Positions 17,793 to 28,080 of a DNA stretch of 64,000 bases are shown one piece after another. The notes below the pieces were generated by a model. The model made no database searches. It was given only the letters and a program-made list of their open reading frames with translations, and was not told the origin of the DNA. Position numbers and translations under genes: made by a program. Within the stretch, counting starts at the first letter, position 1, and each line of letters begins with the position of its first letter. The stretch lies in contig OY970399.1 of NCBI GenBank assembly GCA_963720545.1, positions 3,072,001 to 3,136,000 on the forward strand, in the 5' to 3' direction. This DNA comes from an uncultured Acidobacteriota bacterium. Its GTDB lineage: Bacteria; Acidobacteriota; Vicinamibacteria; Fen-336.

Positions 17793-18928
17793 AGGCGGTC
17801 GCGGCGTCGCGCCCACGCCTCCTTTTCGCCGCCTCCGAACAGGACGCGGACATTCTCTATGCCACCGGCTTCTTCGCGCCTGACCCGTTCCTTTTCGTAC
17901 AGCGCGGCTCAACGCGCGTGCTGGTGATGAGCGACCTCGAGATGGACCGCGCGAAGCAGCAGGCGAGTGTTGACCGCGTCTTGTCGTGGTCGCGGATCGC
18001 GCGCGCCGCGAGCGCAACGCTCGGGCGCGAGGCGGGCGAGGCCGACGTGATCGCGGCGGCACTGCGGCAGCTGCGGGTGCGCAGCGCCGAGGTGCCGCGC
18101 TCCTTTCCGCTGGGGCTCGCCGCAGACCTGCGCGCGCGCGGCATTCGCCTGCACCTCGGCCCTGAGCCTTTCTGGCCGCAGCGTGAGGTGAAGCGGCGCG
18201 ACGAGGTGCGGGCGATCGTGACAGCACTGCGCGCCGCGGAAGCCGGACTGGCGGCCGGCATCGAGGCGCTGCGCGGCTGCAGCATCGGCAAGGACGGCTG
18301 GCTGCGCCGCGACCGCCGCCGGTTCACAGCCGAAGACCTGCGCCGCGCCGTCAACACCCGCATCATGGCGGAGGCCTGCGTGCCCGCGCACACCATCTGC
18401 GCGCCCGGCGACCAGGCGGTCGATCCGCACGAGGAAGGCCGCGGTCCGATCCGCGCGCACACGCCGGTGGTGATGGATATTTTTCCGCGTTCCGAGCGCA
18501 CCGGCTACTTCGGCGACCTGACCCGCACCGTGGTGCGCGGCCGCGCCAGCGAGCGGCTGAAGGCGATGTACGCGCTCGTCGAGGAGGGCGTGCTGCTGGG
18601 CCACCGCCGCGTCCGCCCCGGGGCCGACGGCCGCCGCATCCATCAGGAAATCCTCGACCTGTTCACCGCGCGCGGTTACCAGACGGGGATGAAGGGCGGC
18701 CGCATGCAGGGCTTCTTCCACGGCACCGGCCACGGCCTGGGCCTGCAGATCCACGAGGCGCCGTCGATCGGCAAGCGCGCCTCGGTGCTGCGCGCCGGCC
18801 ATGTCGTCACCGTCGAGCCGGGTCTCTACTACCTCGGCATCGGCGGCGTCCGCATCGAGGACGTCGCGCTGGTGACCGCGGGCGGCTCGCGCAACCTCAC
18901 CTCGGTGCCGCGCCAGCTCGAGATCTGA
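17789..18928 (+). CDS. Xaa-Pro peptidase family (M24) protein
   Basis: GYFGDLTRT, HGTGHGLGLQIHE, EPGLY..GGVRIED; TTG start overlaps the upstream TGA. Confidence 0.88.
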   Translation: MKAVAASRPRLLFAASEQDADILYATGFFAPDPFLFVQRGSTRVLVMSDLEMDRAKQQASVDRVLSWSRIARAASATLGREAGEADVIAAALRQLRVRSAEVPRSFPLGLAADLRARGIRLHLGPEPFWPQREVKRRDEVRAIVTALRAAEAGLAAGIEALRGCSIGKDGWLRRDRRRFTAEDLRRAVNTRIMAEACVPAHTICAPGDQAVDPHEEGRGPIRAHTPVVMDIFPRSERTGYFGDLTRTVVRGRASERLKAMYALVEEGVLLGHRRVRPGADGRRIHQEILDLFTARGYQTGMKGGRMQGFFHGTGHGLGLQIHEAPSIGKRASVLRAGHVVTVEPGLYYLGIGGVRIEDVALVTAGGSRNLTSVPRQLEI

Positions 18929-19023
18929 CAGGGTCCCACAAATCTGGCGGGCCGCGCCTGGCACGGGCCCGCTGTCCTGCTGCGTCGGTTGCCGCGACAC
19001 CGCAAATCTTCGGCGAAACCGCC

Positions 19024-19039
19024 TGGCACGCGGCGTGCG
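19024..19039 (+). promoter_or_regulatory. sigma54 (-24/-12) promoter upstream of gntR
   Basis: TGGCACG-CGGC-GTGCG with exact GG-N10-GC spacing. Confidence 0.5.
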
Positions 19040-19054
19040 AAACCAACCGTCGCA

Positions 19055-20002
19055 ATGGAGTTCGCTCTCAATCGCAGCGGCGGCGTGCCGGTGCGCGTGC
19101 AGTTGGCACGGCAGGTGGAGATGCAGATCCTCGGCGGCCGGCTCCGCTCCGGTGCGCGCCTGCCGAGCGTGCGCGCCCTCGCGCGGCGCCTCGGCATTCA
19201 CCCGAACACCGTGTCGCAGGCATACCAGGAGCTGCAAGCGACCGGCCACGTCCTGCTGCAGCCCGGCGCCGGCGTCTACGTGCGCGGCGCCGGCCCCACC
19301 GACCCGGCGCAGGCGCGCGGCGTGGACGAGATGATCCGGCTCAGCCTCGATGCTGCCGGGCGCAAGGGCTTTTCCGGTGCGCAGGTGCGGACGGCGGTGG
19401 CGCGCTGGCTCGCCGCCGCCCCGGCGCAACGCATCGAGGTAGTGGACCCGTGCCGCGAACTGGCCGAGCTGCTGGTGCACGAGCTGCGGCCGCTGGTGCC
19501 GGTCGCCGTCAACGCCTCCTCGTTGGCGGCGCTCGCAGCGGAACCCGCTGCAGCGAGCGATGCGCTCATCGTCTGCGTGCCCTATCACGTCGAACGCGTG
19601 CGCACGCTGGTGCCCGGCGCCCTGGTGGCGCCGGTGACGCTCGAAATTGCCAGCAGTGAACACGCGGCGATCGCGCGCCTGCCCTCCGGGTCGCTGGTGC
19701 TGGTCGTCTCGCACGCGGCCATCGTCCTGCCGTTCGCCGAAGTCCTGCTGAAGAGCCTGCGCGGCGACGAACTGCTTGTCGAGGTGCATGCGCTGGCCGC
19801 ACGCGCCGCCTGGACGCGCCTCGCGACGGCCGCGGACGTCGTGTTTGCCGACGGCCTGGCTGCCACCTCGGTGCGCGCCTTTGGCCCGCGCCGCCTGCAC
19901 GAGTTCCGCATGGTGGGGGCGACGGCCGTCGCGCGCATCTGCAGGCGCCTGGCGGCCCCGGTTCCGGCGTATGCTCAGGCGCCCCAATTCCCGCGTACAT
20001 GA
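19055..20002 (+). CDS. GntR family regulator (YtrA-like HTH plus long C-terminal domain)
   Basis: GARLPSVRALARRLGIHPNTVSQAYQEL..GAGVYV. Confidence 0.85.
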   Translation: MEFALNRSGGVPVRVQLARQVEMQILGGRLRSGARLPSVRALARRLGIHPNTVSQAYQELQATGHVLLQPGAGVYVRGAGPTDPAQARGVDEMIRLSLDAAGRKGFSGAQVRTAVARWLAAAPAQRIEVVDPCRELAELLVHELRPLVPVAVNASSLAALAAEPAAASDALIVCVPYHVERVRTLVPGALVAPVTLEIASSEHAAIARLPSGSLVLVVSHAAIVLPFAEVLLKSLRGDELLVEVHALAARAAWTRLATAADVVFADGLAATSVRAFGPRRLHEFRMVGATAVARICRRLAAPVPAYAQAPQFPRT

Positions 20003-20014
20003 AGGAGATGACCC

Positions 20015-20461
20015 ATGCGAAACATCCTGGTCTGCGCCACGCTCTTGTTCCTCGCCACCGGCTTTGCGTCTGCCGCCGACTCGAAGGGCACGCCCGCCGA
20101 AGCGCAGGCGATGCTGGCGAGGGCCGTGAAACTGGTCGAGACCGACGGCGAGCAGAAGGCGCTCGCCGCGTTCAACGATCCCAAGGGCGCCTTCCGCGAC
20201 CGCGACCTCTACGTGTTCTGCTCCGGTCCCGACCGCAAGATCACCGCGCACTACAGCGCCGAGATGATTGGCGTCGACATGACGACCCTCAAGGATACGG
20301 ACGGCAAGCCGCTCGGACCGCGGATCGCTGAGGTGGCGCAGAACGGCGGCGGCAGCCTCGAATACACCTACAAGAATCCAGTGACCGGCAAGACGCAAAC
20401 CAAGCAGAGCTTCGTGCAGAAGGCCGGCACCCAGGTCTGCGGAGTCGGCGCCTACAAGTAA
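20015..20461 (+). CDS. Secreted stand-alone Cache-domain protein
   Basis: AAGGAG RBS, signal peptide, FRDRDLYVF, DTDGK, YKNPVTGK..K.SFV, CGVGAY. Confidence 0.85.
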   Translation: MRNILVCATLLFLATGFASAADSKGTPAEAQAMLARAVKLVETDGEQKALAAFNDPKGAFRDRDLYVFCSGPDRKITAHYSAEMIGVDMTTLKDTDGKPLGPRIAEVAQNGGGSLEYTYKNPVTGKTQTKQSFVQKAGTQVCGVGAYK

Positions 20462-20482
20462 GCCGCTACAATCGCCGCGCCC

Positions 20483-21784
20483 ATGCTGCTTCCCGGCCAG
20501 CCGCGACGCCCGGCCTTGCTGGCGCTCGCGCTGCTGATGGGCGTGAACTTCCTCAACTACATCGACCGCTACATCATTGCGGCGGTGGCGCCGCTCATCC
20601 AGGCCGACTTCCGGCTGACCGACAACCAGCTGGGCGTGGCGATGTCGATGTTCATGGTCGCCTACGTCGTGGTTTCGCCGTTCTCCGGCGTGCTCGGCGA
20701 CGCCTGGCCGCGCCGGTATCTCGTGGGTGTCGGCGTGTTGCTGTGGAGCCTGGCCACGGCAGCCTCCGGGATGGCAACTGGTTACGCGTCGCTGCTGGTG
20801 GCGCGCTCCTTCATCGGCGTGGGGGAGGCCGGCTTCGGCGTGGTGGCGCCGACCTACATCAGCGACCTGTTCACGCGCGCCACCCGCGGCCGCATGCTGG
20901 CGTTCTTCTACGTCGCGATCCCGGTGGGCAGCGCGCTCGGCTACCTGCTCGGCGGCACACTCGGCACGCACTTCGGCTGGCGCTCCGCGTTCCTGTTCGC
21001 GGGCGCGCCCGGCCTGCTGCTCGGCCTGCTGGCGTTCTGGATGTACGAACCGGCGCGCGGCGCCGGCGACGGTGTCAGCCACGCGGTCCGCGGGTTCGAT
21101 GCCCGCACCGCGCTGGGCCTGGCGCGCAACCGCACGTTCCTGTTCACCTGCCTCGGGTTCACCGCAATGACGTTCGGCCTCGGCGCGCTGGCCTCGTGGA
21201 TGCCCACGCTCTTCTACCGGCTGCGCGGCGTGCCGCTCGCGCGCGCCACGTTCCTGTTCGGCGCTATCACCGCGGCCGCCGGCCTCATCGGCACGTTCCT
21301 CGGCGGCTTCCTGGGAGACGCGCTCGCGAAGCGCACCGACAAGGCGTACCTGCTGGTGTCCGGGGTCGGCATGATCGCGGCGGCACCGTTCGCGTGGCTC
21401 GGGCTGACGCAGCACGACGTCAGCACCGCGCTCGCCTGCATATTCGTCGCCGAGGTCCTGGTCTTCCTCAACACCGGTCCGGCAAACGCAGTGCTCGTGA
21501 ACGTGGCGCTGCCCGAGGTGCGCGCTACTGCGATCGCGGCTTCGATCTTCGTTTATCACGTCCTCGGCGACGTGCCTTCGCCGATCCTCGTCGGACGGCT
21601 CTCGGATGCCTCGGGCAACCTCGAGAAGGCGCTGCTCATCACGGTCGCGGCGATGGTGGTATCGGGCATCTTGTATCTCATCGGCTCGCTGACGCTCGGC
21701 GCGGACACGCGGCGCGTTATTGCCACGGTGGCGGCGCGCGAAGGTGGGTTCCAGGACGATGGCGGTGCGCTTGCGCCTCGTTAA
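20483..21784 (+). CDS. MFS transporter, Spinster-like
   Basis: NFLNYIDRY, ARSFIGVGEA..APTYISDLF..RG, AIPVGSALGY. Confidence 0.85.
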   Translation: MLLPGQPRRPALLALALLMGVNFLNYIDRYIIAAVAPLIQADFRLTDNQLGVAMSMFMVAYVVVSPFSGVLGDAWPRRYLVGVGVLLWSLATAASGMATGYASLLVARSFIGVGEAGFGVVAPTYISDLFTRATRGRMLAFFYVAIPVGSALGYLLGGTLGTHFGWRSAFLFAGAPGLLLGLLAFWMYEPARGAGDGVSHAVRGFDARTALGLARNRTFLFTCLGFTAMTFGLGALASWMPTLFYRLRGVPLARATFLFGAITAAAGLIGTFLGGFLGDALAKRTDKAYLLVSGVGMIAAAPFAWLGLTQHDVSTALACIFVAEVLVFLNTGPANAVLVNVALPEVRATAIAASIFVYHVLGDVPSPILVGRLSDASGNLEKALLITVAAMVVSGILYLIGSLTLGADTRRVIATVAAREGGFQDDGGALAPR

Positions 21785-23015
21785 AACGTTCATCGAGGCG
21801 CTCTTCCGGCTGCTGTTCACCTACGACGCCGCGGGTGAGGAGAACGTGCCGCTGCGCGGCGGCGCGGTGCTCGCCGCCAACCATCCTTCCTACCTCGACC
21901 CGGTGCTGCTGTCGCTGCAACTCGACCGGCCGATCCGCTTCATGGCCTGGGAGCGCCTCTTCTCGGTGCCGTTCCTCGGCACGGCGCTGCATGCCTTCGG
22001 AGCTTTTCCGGTGGACATCCGCCCCGGGCAGGGCCGGCTCGCTTACGACAAGGCGAAGGAGCTGGTCGCCACGGGCGAGCTCGTCGGGATCTTTCCTGAA
22101 GGCCGCCGCTCGCAGGCCGGGACCATGGAGGAGGGTCTGCGCGAGGGGGCCGCCCGGCTGGCGTGGGAGCTGGGCGTGCCGCTCGTCCCGGCAACCATCA
22201 CCGGCGCCTTTCGGGCGTGGCCGGCTTTCCGCATGCTGCCGCGCGCGGCGCGCATCCGCGTTCGCTTCCACGAACCCATCGAGCCGCGGGCGCTGGTCTT
22301 GTCCGGGGCAGGCGAAGACGCGGCGCTCGCCGCGCTCACCGCCGAGTTTCGCCGCCGGGTCGATCGTTCCCTGGTGCCGGGAGTCAAGGCCGACGAAAAG
22401 ATCGAGAACCTGTACCGGGACTCGGCGCCGCCGCCCAGGCTCATCGAGATCCTGCCGTCCACCGCCGTCACGCTGGTCGCCTTGTGGAGCAAGGCGTTCG
22501 TGACGTTCGCGCCGATCGTCTACTTCGGCTACATCGTCCTCGACTGGCTCGCGATCCCGCAGGTGCGCTTCACCAAGCGGCTGCGCAACATCTCGCCCGT
22601 GCTGTTCGCGCTCGCGGTGGCGCCGGTGATACTCGCGGGCATCGGGCGCAAGCCGCCGGTGGCGCCCGAGGCACTGCTGGCACTGATGGCCGGGGCCACC
22701 TTCGCGTACCTCTACGAACGCGGCGCGCTGGTGCGCGCCTACGTTGCGGGCTTGGTCGGCGCCATCGGCTTCGCCATCGCGGCGCAGCATTTCTTTCCTT
22801 CGGACGTCGGCGCGCACGTGACGCTGCCGGTGTTCGCCGCGGCGTTCGCCTTCGACCGCGGGTCGGTCTTCTGGCGCTGGGCGTCGCCCATCCTCCTCCT
22901 CTATGCGGTGCTCGCCTGGGTGCTGCTCGCGGGCGGGCTGCAGCCGTGGCCGCACGCCGCCGCCGGCCTTGCCGGCTGGCTGCTTTCCAGGCTTCCGTGG
23001 GGGCGAATCAGCTAA
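21759..23015 (+). CDS. PlsC-type lysophospholipid acyltransferase fused to a C-terminal multi-TM domain
   Basis: NHPSYLD and IFPEG motifs; hydrophobic C-terminal half. Confidence 0.85.
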   Translation: MAVRLRLVKTFIEALFRLLFTYDAAGEENVPLRGGAVLAANHPSYLDPVLLSLQLDRPIRFMAWERLFSVPFLGTALHAFGAFPVDIRPGQGRLAYDKAKELVATGELVGIFPEGRRSQAGTMEEGLREGAARLAWELGVPLVPATITGAFRAWPAFRMLPRAARIRVRFHEPIEPRALVLSGAGEDAALAALTAEFRRRVDRSLVPGVKADEKIENLYRDSAPPPRLIEILPSTAVTLVALWSKAFVTFAPIVYFGYIVLDWLAIPQVRFTKRLRNISPVLFALAVAPVILAGIGRKPPVAPEALLALMAGATFAYLYERGALVRAYVAGLVGAIGFAIAAQHFFPSDVGAHVTLPVFAAAFAFDRGSVFWRWASPILLLYAVLAWVLLAGGLQPWPHAAAGLAGWLLSRLPWGRIS

Positions 23016-23101
23016 GTAACACTCACAAAAGACCTTAACAGGCCTGACCGGACCACGGTCGAGCAGGCCTCGGAGCCAGGATGTAGCATTGCGCCCTTCT
23101 A

Positions 23102-25027
23102 ATGAGTGACGCACCCGCACCCTCGCCGGCCGTTCGCCGGCCGTCTTCTTTCGGCAAGTGGCTCACCTCGAGCACGCACACCGGCGGGGTCACGATCCAC
23201 CACCGGGAACCCTGGTGGAAGGTCATGTGCCTGACGGGGGTCGATTACTTCTCGACCCTCGGGTATCAGCCCGGCATCGCGTTCCTCGCCGCCGGCGCGC
23301 TGTCGCCGATCGCCACGTTCGTGCTGATCCTGGTCACGCTGTTCGTCGCGTTGCCGGTCTATGCGCAGGTGGCGGCCCGCAGCCCGCACGGCCAGGGCAG
23401 CATCCTGATGATCGAGGAGCTGCTGCCGCGCTGGCGGGGCAAGGCGTTCGTGCTGGTGCTGCTCGGCTTCGCGTTCACCGACTTCATCATCACCATCACG
23501 CTGTCGGCGGCCGACGCCACGGCGCACATAATCGACAACCCGTTCGTGCCCGACAGCCTCGACCGCCATCCGGTGCTGCTGACGCTGCTGCTCGTCACCT
23601 TGCTGGCGGCGGTCTTCATCAAGGGTTTCCGCGAGGCGATCGGCCTCGCGGTCGGCATCGTCGCGATCTATCTGCTGCTGAACGTCGTGGTGCTCGGCGT
23701 CGGGTTCTATGAAGTCGCGACCCATCCGGAGCTGCTGCCCAACTGGAAGGCGTCGCTCTTCCATGCGCACGGCAGCCCGCTTGCCATGCTGGGCTTGTCG
23801 CTGTTCCTGTTCCCGAAACTGGCGCTCGGCCTGTCGGGGTTCGAGACCGGCGTCGCCGTCATGCCGCTCGTCAAGGGCGACCACAGCGACACGCACGACG
23901 CGCCGCTGGGCCAGATCCGCAACACCACCAAGCTGCTGGTGACCGCCGCGCTCATCATGAGCGTCGGCCTGATGGGCAGCAGCATCGTGACGACACTGCT
24001 GATTCCGCCCGAGGCGTTCGCCGCCGGTGGCGCCGCCAACGGCCGCGCGCTTGCCTGGGTCGCGCACAAATACCTGGGCGAGGTGTTCGGCAGCGTCTAC
24101 GACGTCTCCACCATCGCGATCCTGTGGTTCGCCGGCGCTTCCGCCATGGCGGGGCTGCTCAACCTGGTGCCGCGCTACCTGCCGCCTTACGGCATGGCAC
24201 CCGACTGGGCGCGCGCCACCCGGCCGCTGGTGCTGGTGTTCACCGCGATCGCGTTCTTCGTCACCTGGTACTTCGACGCCAATGTGGACGCGCAGGGCGG
24301 CGCCTACGCCACCGGCGTCTTGTTCCTCATGACCACGGCCGCCGTGGCGGTGACGATCGCCAGCTGGGAGTCGCCGCGGCGCTGGATGTATGGGGTGATG
24401 AGCGCGATCTTCCTGTACACCACCGTCACCAACATCTACGAGCGGCCGGAAGGCATCAAGATCGCGTCCTTCTTCATCGCCACGATCGTGATCGTGTCGC
24501 TGTCGTCGCGCGCAGTCCGCTCGACCGAGCTGGCGCGCATTCGCAACGTGGCGCTGAGCGAAAAGGCTCGCGACTTCCTCGCGAGCATCGCGCCGCGCGG
24601 CGTGCGCATCATCGCGCACCGCCCCGACAAGCGCACGGTGGCGGAGTACGACCGCAAGGAAAACCAGGCGCGCGAGGACCACAGCCTCGACGACGGCGAG
24701 CCGCTGGTGTTCCTCGAGGTGGTGCAAGGCGACGCTTCGGGCTTCAGCGAGGACCTCAACGTGCGCGGCTTCCAGGTGGGCCGGCACAACATCCTGCGCT
24801 GCGCGAGCCCGGCGGTGCCCAACGCCATCGCGGCGCTGCTGATCCACATCCGCGACCGCTTCAACACCATGCCCGAGGCCTATTTCGGCTGGACCGAAGG
24901 CAATCCGTTCGCGTACATGCTGCGCTACCTGATCCTCGGCGAGGGCGACACCGCGCCGGTGACGCGCGAGATCCTGCGCCGCGCCATCAAGGATCCGCGG
25001 CAGCGGCCGAAGATCCACGTCGGCTAG
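23102..25027 (+). CDS. APC-superfamily amino acid transporter
   Basis: [33 protein letters not shown]; about 12 TM plus soluble C-terminal domain. Confidence 0.85.
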   Translation: MSDAPAPSPAVRRPSSFGKWLTSSTHTGGVTIHHREPWWKVMCLTGVDYFSTLGYQPGIAFLAAGALSPIATFVLILVTLFVALPVYAQVAARSPHGQGSILMIEELLPRWRGKAFVLVLLGFAFTDFIITITLSAADATAHIIDNPFVPDSLDRHPVLLTLLLVTLLAAVFIKGFREAIGLAVGIVAIYLLLNVVVLGVGFYEVATHPELLPNWKASLFHAHGSPLAMLGLSLFLFPKLALGLSGFETGVAVMPLVKGDHSDTHDAPLGQIRNTTKLLVTAALIMSVGLMGSSIVTTLLIPPEAFAAGGAANGRALAWVAHKYLGEVFGSVYDVSTIAILWFAGASAMAGLLNLVPRYLPPYGMAPDWARATRPLVLVFTAIAFFVTWYFDANVDAQGGAYATGVLFLMTTAAVAVTIASWESPRRWMYGVMSAIFLYTTVTNIYERPEGIKIASFFIATIVIVSLSSRAVRSTELARIRNVALSEKARDFLASIAPRGVRIIAHRPDKRTVAEYDRKENQAREDHSLDDGEPLVFLEVVQGDASGFSEDLNVRGFQVGRHNILRCASPAVPNAIAALLIHIRDRFNTMPEAYFGWTEGNPFAYMLRYLILGEGDTAPVTREILRRAIKDPRQRPKIHVG

Positions 25028-25030
25028 CGG

Positions 25031-26320
25031 CTACTTCGCGCGCAGCTTCGGCCGGTACGCCTCGACGATGCCGAACCCGAGCTTGCCGAGTTCCTGTTTG
25101 GCGCGCGGCGACAGCCGGCCGGTGACGCGCACCTCGCGCGAGCGCGCGGCCATCTCCTTGCCGGCACGCGCCGCGATTTCCGGCGCGCTCATCGCGAGCT
25201 GCTCGTTCCAGGTGAGGTAGTCGGCCGGCAGCAGCACCACCGCGCGGCCGTCACGGGCGCGCGCCACCAGCAGGTCGGAATCGTCGAGCAGCCCCGCCAC
25301 CGGGGTTTCGGCCGCGAGCCGCTGCAGCTGCTGCGCGCTCGTCGCATAGAACCACGCGGCGGCCTCGTCCTTCGCGTTGGCGGCCGACTCGACGAAGTCG
25401 GCGCGGCCCGCGACACCGGGGGACGCGTACAGCGCTTCGACGATGATGGTGCAGGTGGTGAGCGTGAGGGCGTCGTTGCGATAGAGGAAGTCCTTGACGC
25501 CTTCGTCGCCGACGCCCAGCTCGCGCAGCCGCGTTTCGTTCTGCTTCAGCAGCTCTTCGGGGTCCTTGCTCCACACCAGGCCGCTGATGGTGGCGGTGGC
25601 GCCGACCGCGACCGGAATGGGGATTGCGATGCGCGCGACGATCGAGCCCGCCGCATCCACCCTGGCGATCTCCTCGAGCGTGCGCTGCATGAGGTCGTTG
25701 GTGGTGTAAGGATCCACGCCCACCTTGGCCGCCCAGCGGCGGCGCGCGGCGTTGACGCCGAGGATGGCCTTGGCGGCGCCGCCCGCGGCACCGCCGACCT
25801 TGGAGCCGGTGGAGCGCTCGTCCTTGTCCTTGGGAGCGTCGGGATCGTCGTCATCATCATGCGTGACCTTGTCGGCGCCGCGCTTCGCCTTGCGGCCGAG
25901 GTTGACGCCGAAACGCTTGATGCCGCCGCCGATGCCCTTCACGGTTTCCACGGGGCTGGTGACGAACCGGACGACGCCGCGGCCGGTGTCTACCACCGAA
26001 CGGCCGAGCGCCTTGGCGAGGACTCCTGTCTTGCTGACCTTTTCGAGCTCGGACAGCGCCACGGCCTCCTGCAGCCGCATGTCGAGGAGCACGTTGCCGT
26101 GCGCTTCGAAGGCGCCAAACGGCGTCTGGATCGTATAGATGTTGAGGAAGCCGTCGTTGCGCACCACGCTGCCGATCGTGTACGCCGGGTTCTTGAGGCG
26201 CGACGCGGCTACCGCCTCTTTCGGCGTGAATTGCCGCGCCGGCTCGTAGTCGCCCGGGCTCGCGGCCGCCAGCAGCAGAGGCGCCATCAGCAGCGCGGCG
26301 CGCGTGGTGCGAGATCTCAA
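25031..26320 (-). CDS. Hypothetical secreted protein
   Basis: GGGAGG RBS, TTG start overlapping the upstream stop, signal peptide, typical codon usage. Confidence 0.7.
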   Translation of the reverse strand: MRSRTTRAALLMAPLLLAAASPGDYEPARQFTPKEAVAASRLKNPAYTIGSVVRNDGFLNIYTIQTPFGAFEAHGNVLLDMRLQEAVALSELEKVSKTGVLAKALGRSVVDTGRGVVRFVTSPVETVKGIGGGIKRFGVNLGRKAKRGADKVTHDDDDDPDAPKDKDERSTGSKVGGAAGGAAKAILGVNAARRRWAAKVGVDPYTTNDLMQRTLEEIARVDAAGSIVARIAIPIPVAVGATATISGLVWSKDPEELLKQNETRLRELGVGDEGVKDFLYRNDALTLTTCTIIVEALYASPGVAGRADFVESAANAKDEAAAWFYATSAQQLQRLAAETPVAGLLDDSDLLVARARDGRAVVLLPADYLTWNEQLAMSAPEIAARAGKEMAARSREVRVTGRLSPRAKQELGKLGFGIVEAYRPKLRAK

Positions 26321-26970
26321 TTGCCCTCCCACGGCCGCTGCGCGGCCCAGTCATACACCGCCGATTGCAGCGCGTCGAGCTTGTCGGTGAAGAAGTGATC
26401 GGCGCCGTCGACCACCACCAGCTGCGTCGGCGGGGGAAACGAGGCCACGGCGTGTTCAAGGTCGGCGCGGCCGCCGAAACGGTCGGAGTCGCCCTGGACG
26501 AAGAGACGCGGCACCGCGCGCGCCGCCAACGCGGGTAACCGCGCGGTCATCGAGTCGATGCGCGCCGGGAAGCCGAGCGCGAACAACGCCGCGGCCCGCG
26601 CGTCGCTGGCGCCGACGGCCATCGCCATCACCGAGCCGAACGAAAAGCCGCCGAGCACCTGCTTCCGGCCGGGGAAGCGCCGCCCCATCTCGTCGAGTGC
26701 CGCCTTCACGTCGTCCTGTTCGCCACGGCCCTGGTCATGGGCCCCCTGAGACGAACCCACGCCGCGAAAGTTGAAGCGCAGCACGGCGGCACCCGCGGCC
26801 TGCAGCGCCTTGGCCGCGCGGAACACCACCTTGAAGTGCATCATCCCGCCTTCCTCGGGGTTCGCGTGGCAGACGATTGCCGCGGCCAGCGGCTCGGCGG
26901 CCGGCATCATCAGCAGCGCCTCCAGGCTCCCCGCGGGACCCGGGAACAAGAACGACTCGTTGTGCGCCAT
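26317..26970 (-). CDS. Alpha/beta hydrolase
   Basis: GPAGSLE, LRFNFRGVG.S.G, GFSFG nucleophile elbow, GADHFF. Confidence 0.9.
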   Translation of the reverse strand: MAHNESFLFPGPAGSLEALLMMPAAEPLAAAIVCHANPEEGGMMHFKVVFRAAKALQAAGAAVLRFNFRGVGSSQGAHDQGRGEQDDVKAALDEMGRRFPGRKQVLGGFSFGSVMAMAVGASDARAAALFALGFPARIDSMTARLPALAARAVPRLFVQGDSDRFGGRADLEHAVASFPPPTQLVVVDGADHFFTDKLDALQSAVYDWAAQRPWEGN

Positions 26971-27009
26971 CCCCCGAATTATAGGAGTTAGGATGGAAGC
27001 AAGGAGGCG

Positions 27010-27426
27010 TTGCGCGTGAGGCTTGCGAAGACACTGGCGACGATTGCGTTGTGCGCCGCGGCCGTCGCCTGCGGCCGCGACTACGGAACCGGCCCGGGCA
27101 AGGCGCCGCTTGGCCAGTTTGCCGGCGGCAATGCTGCGAACGACATCGACTTCATCATCTTCAGTGTCGAGGCCGATGGCGCAAGCTTCCGCGACAACGC
27201 CGCCTGCATCTTCGGCGAGATCGAGCAACCGCTCACCATCGACGCTGCGGGCAAGTTCAGCGCCAGCGCGGCGCTGCGCCGCATGACCGGCGACGTTGCG
27301 CCCGCGAAAGTCGACGGCACCTTCCGCGGCGATCAGCTCTTGCTACGCCTCGACATCGGCGGCACCGTCCGCCAATTCGACCTCCGCCTCAACGCCCCGA
27401 TCCCCCAGCCCCGCATCCAGTGTTAG
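27010..27426 (+). CDS. Hypothetical lipoprotein
   Basis: AAGGAGG RBS; lipobox-like AAVAC. Confidence 0.65.
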   Translation: MRVRLAKTLATIALCAAAVACGRDYGTGPGKAPLGQFAGGNAANDIDFIIFSVEADGASFRDNAACIFGEIEQPLTIDAAGKFSASAALRRMTGDVAPAKVDGTFRGDQLLLRLDIGGTVRQFDLRLNAPIPQPRIQC

Positions 27427-27460
27427 CGAATCTCTCGCGCCGCAGGCGCGAGAGATTCGC
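27426..27460. terminator. Perfect 16-bp hairpin between convergent genes
   Basis: GCGAATCTCTCGCGCC-GCA-GGCGCGAGAGATTCGC; no U tract. Confidence 0.6.
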
Positions 27461-27519
27461 GTGTCCCGAGCGCTACTGATCGTTTCCGGGCGCGAGGGAT
27501 CCCCTCGCCCAAGAGTGAC

Positions 27520-27936
27520 CTACGCCGCCGACACCTGTAACGCCTGCATGGCCCGCAGCTGCGCCGCGCGCGGCGGCGGCGTGCCCTCGTTGACGCGCTG
27601 CACCACGCGGCGCGCGCCGAGCGAACGCGCGCGGCCCACCGTGGCCTGTTTCAGCAGCTTCTCTGCGCGCACGGCGTGCGCTCCGGGAGCGATCGCGAGC
27701 TCGTCGAGGCAGGCGACCAGCCCGCCGATGCCGAGCTGGAAACGCAGCGACAACGACGCCACCCCCACGACCTTGCCGTCGAGCTCGGCAACGCGCACCA
27801 GGAAGTGCGGGTTGCACAGGGTCTGGCGGTAGGTCTTGGCGAAGGACAGCGGCTCGGGGTAGTACCCGACCCGTTCGAGAAGCTCGAGGACCAGCACGCC
27901 GTCCTGGAGCGACGCCGGACGAACTTGAACGCCCAT
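27520..27936 (-). CDS. GNAT-fold N-acetyltransferase-like protein
   Basis: VRPAS..D, VAELDGKVVG..SL, LDELAI; ATG 27936 with GGAG, alternative GTG 27951. Confidence 0.7.
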   Translation of the reverse strand: MGVQVRPASLQDGVLVLELLERVGYYPEPLSFAKTYRQTLCNPHFLVRVAELDGKVVGVASLSLRFQLGIGGLVACLDELAIAPGAHAVRAEKLLKQATVGRARSLGARRVVQRVNEGTPPPRAAQLRAMQALQVSAA

Positions 27937-28080
27937 CTTCTTGATCTCCACTAGGTGCGTGGCGAGAGCGCCACGCTCCGTGTCGGAATCGCCACGGCCG
28001 CCCGAAGGAGTCCCAGTGTGAGAAACCCTTTGTTGTCAGCGGTTTGCGGGGAAGGCGCCACGGTCATGCCGCCCAGTAGG

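Noticed and set aside
18959..18974. Second sigma54 promoter (TGGCACG)
   Set aside because: Spacing is GG-N9-GC; sigma54 requires N10
17909..21820. 1303-aa minus-strand ORF
   Set aside because: Antisense shadow across four recognisable plus-strand genes
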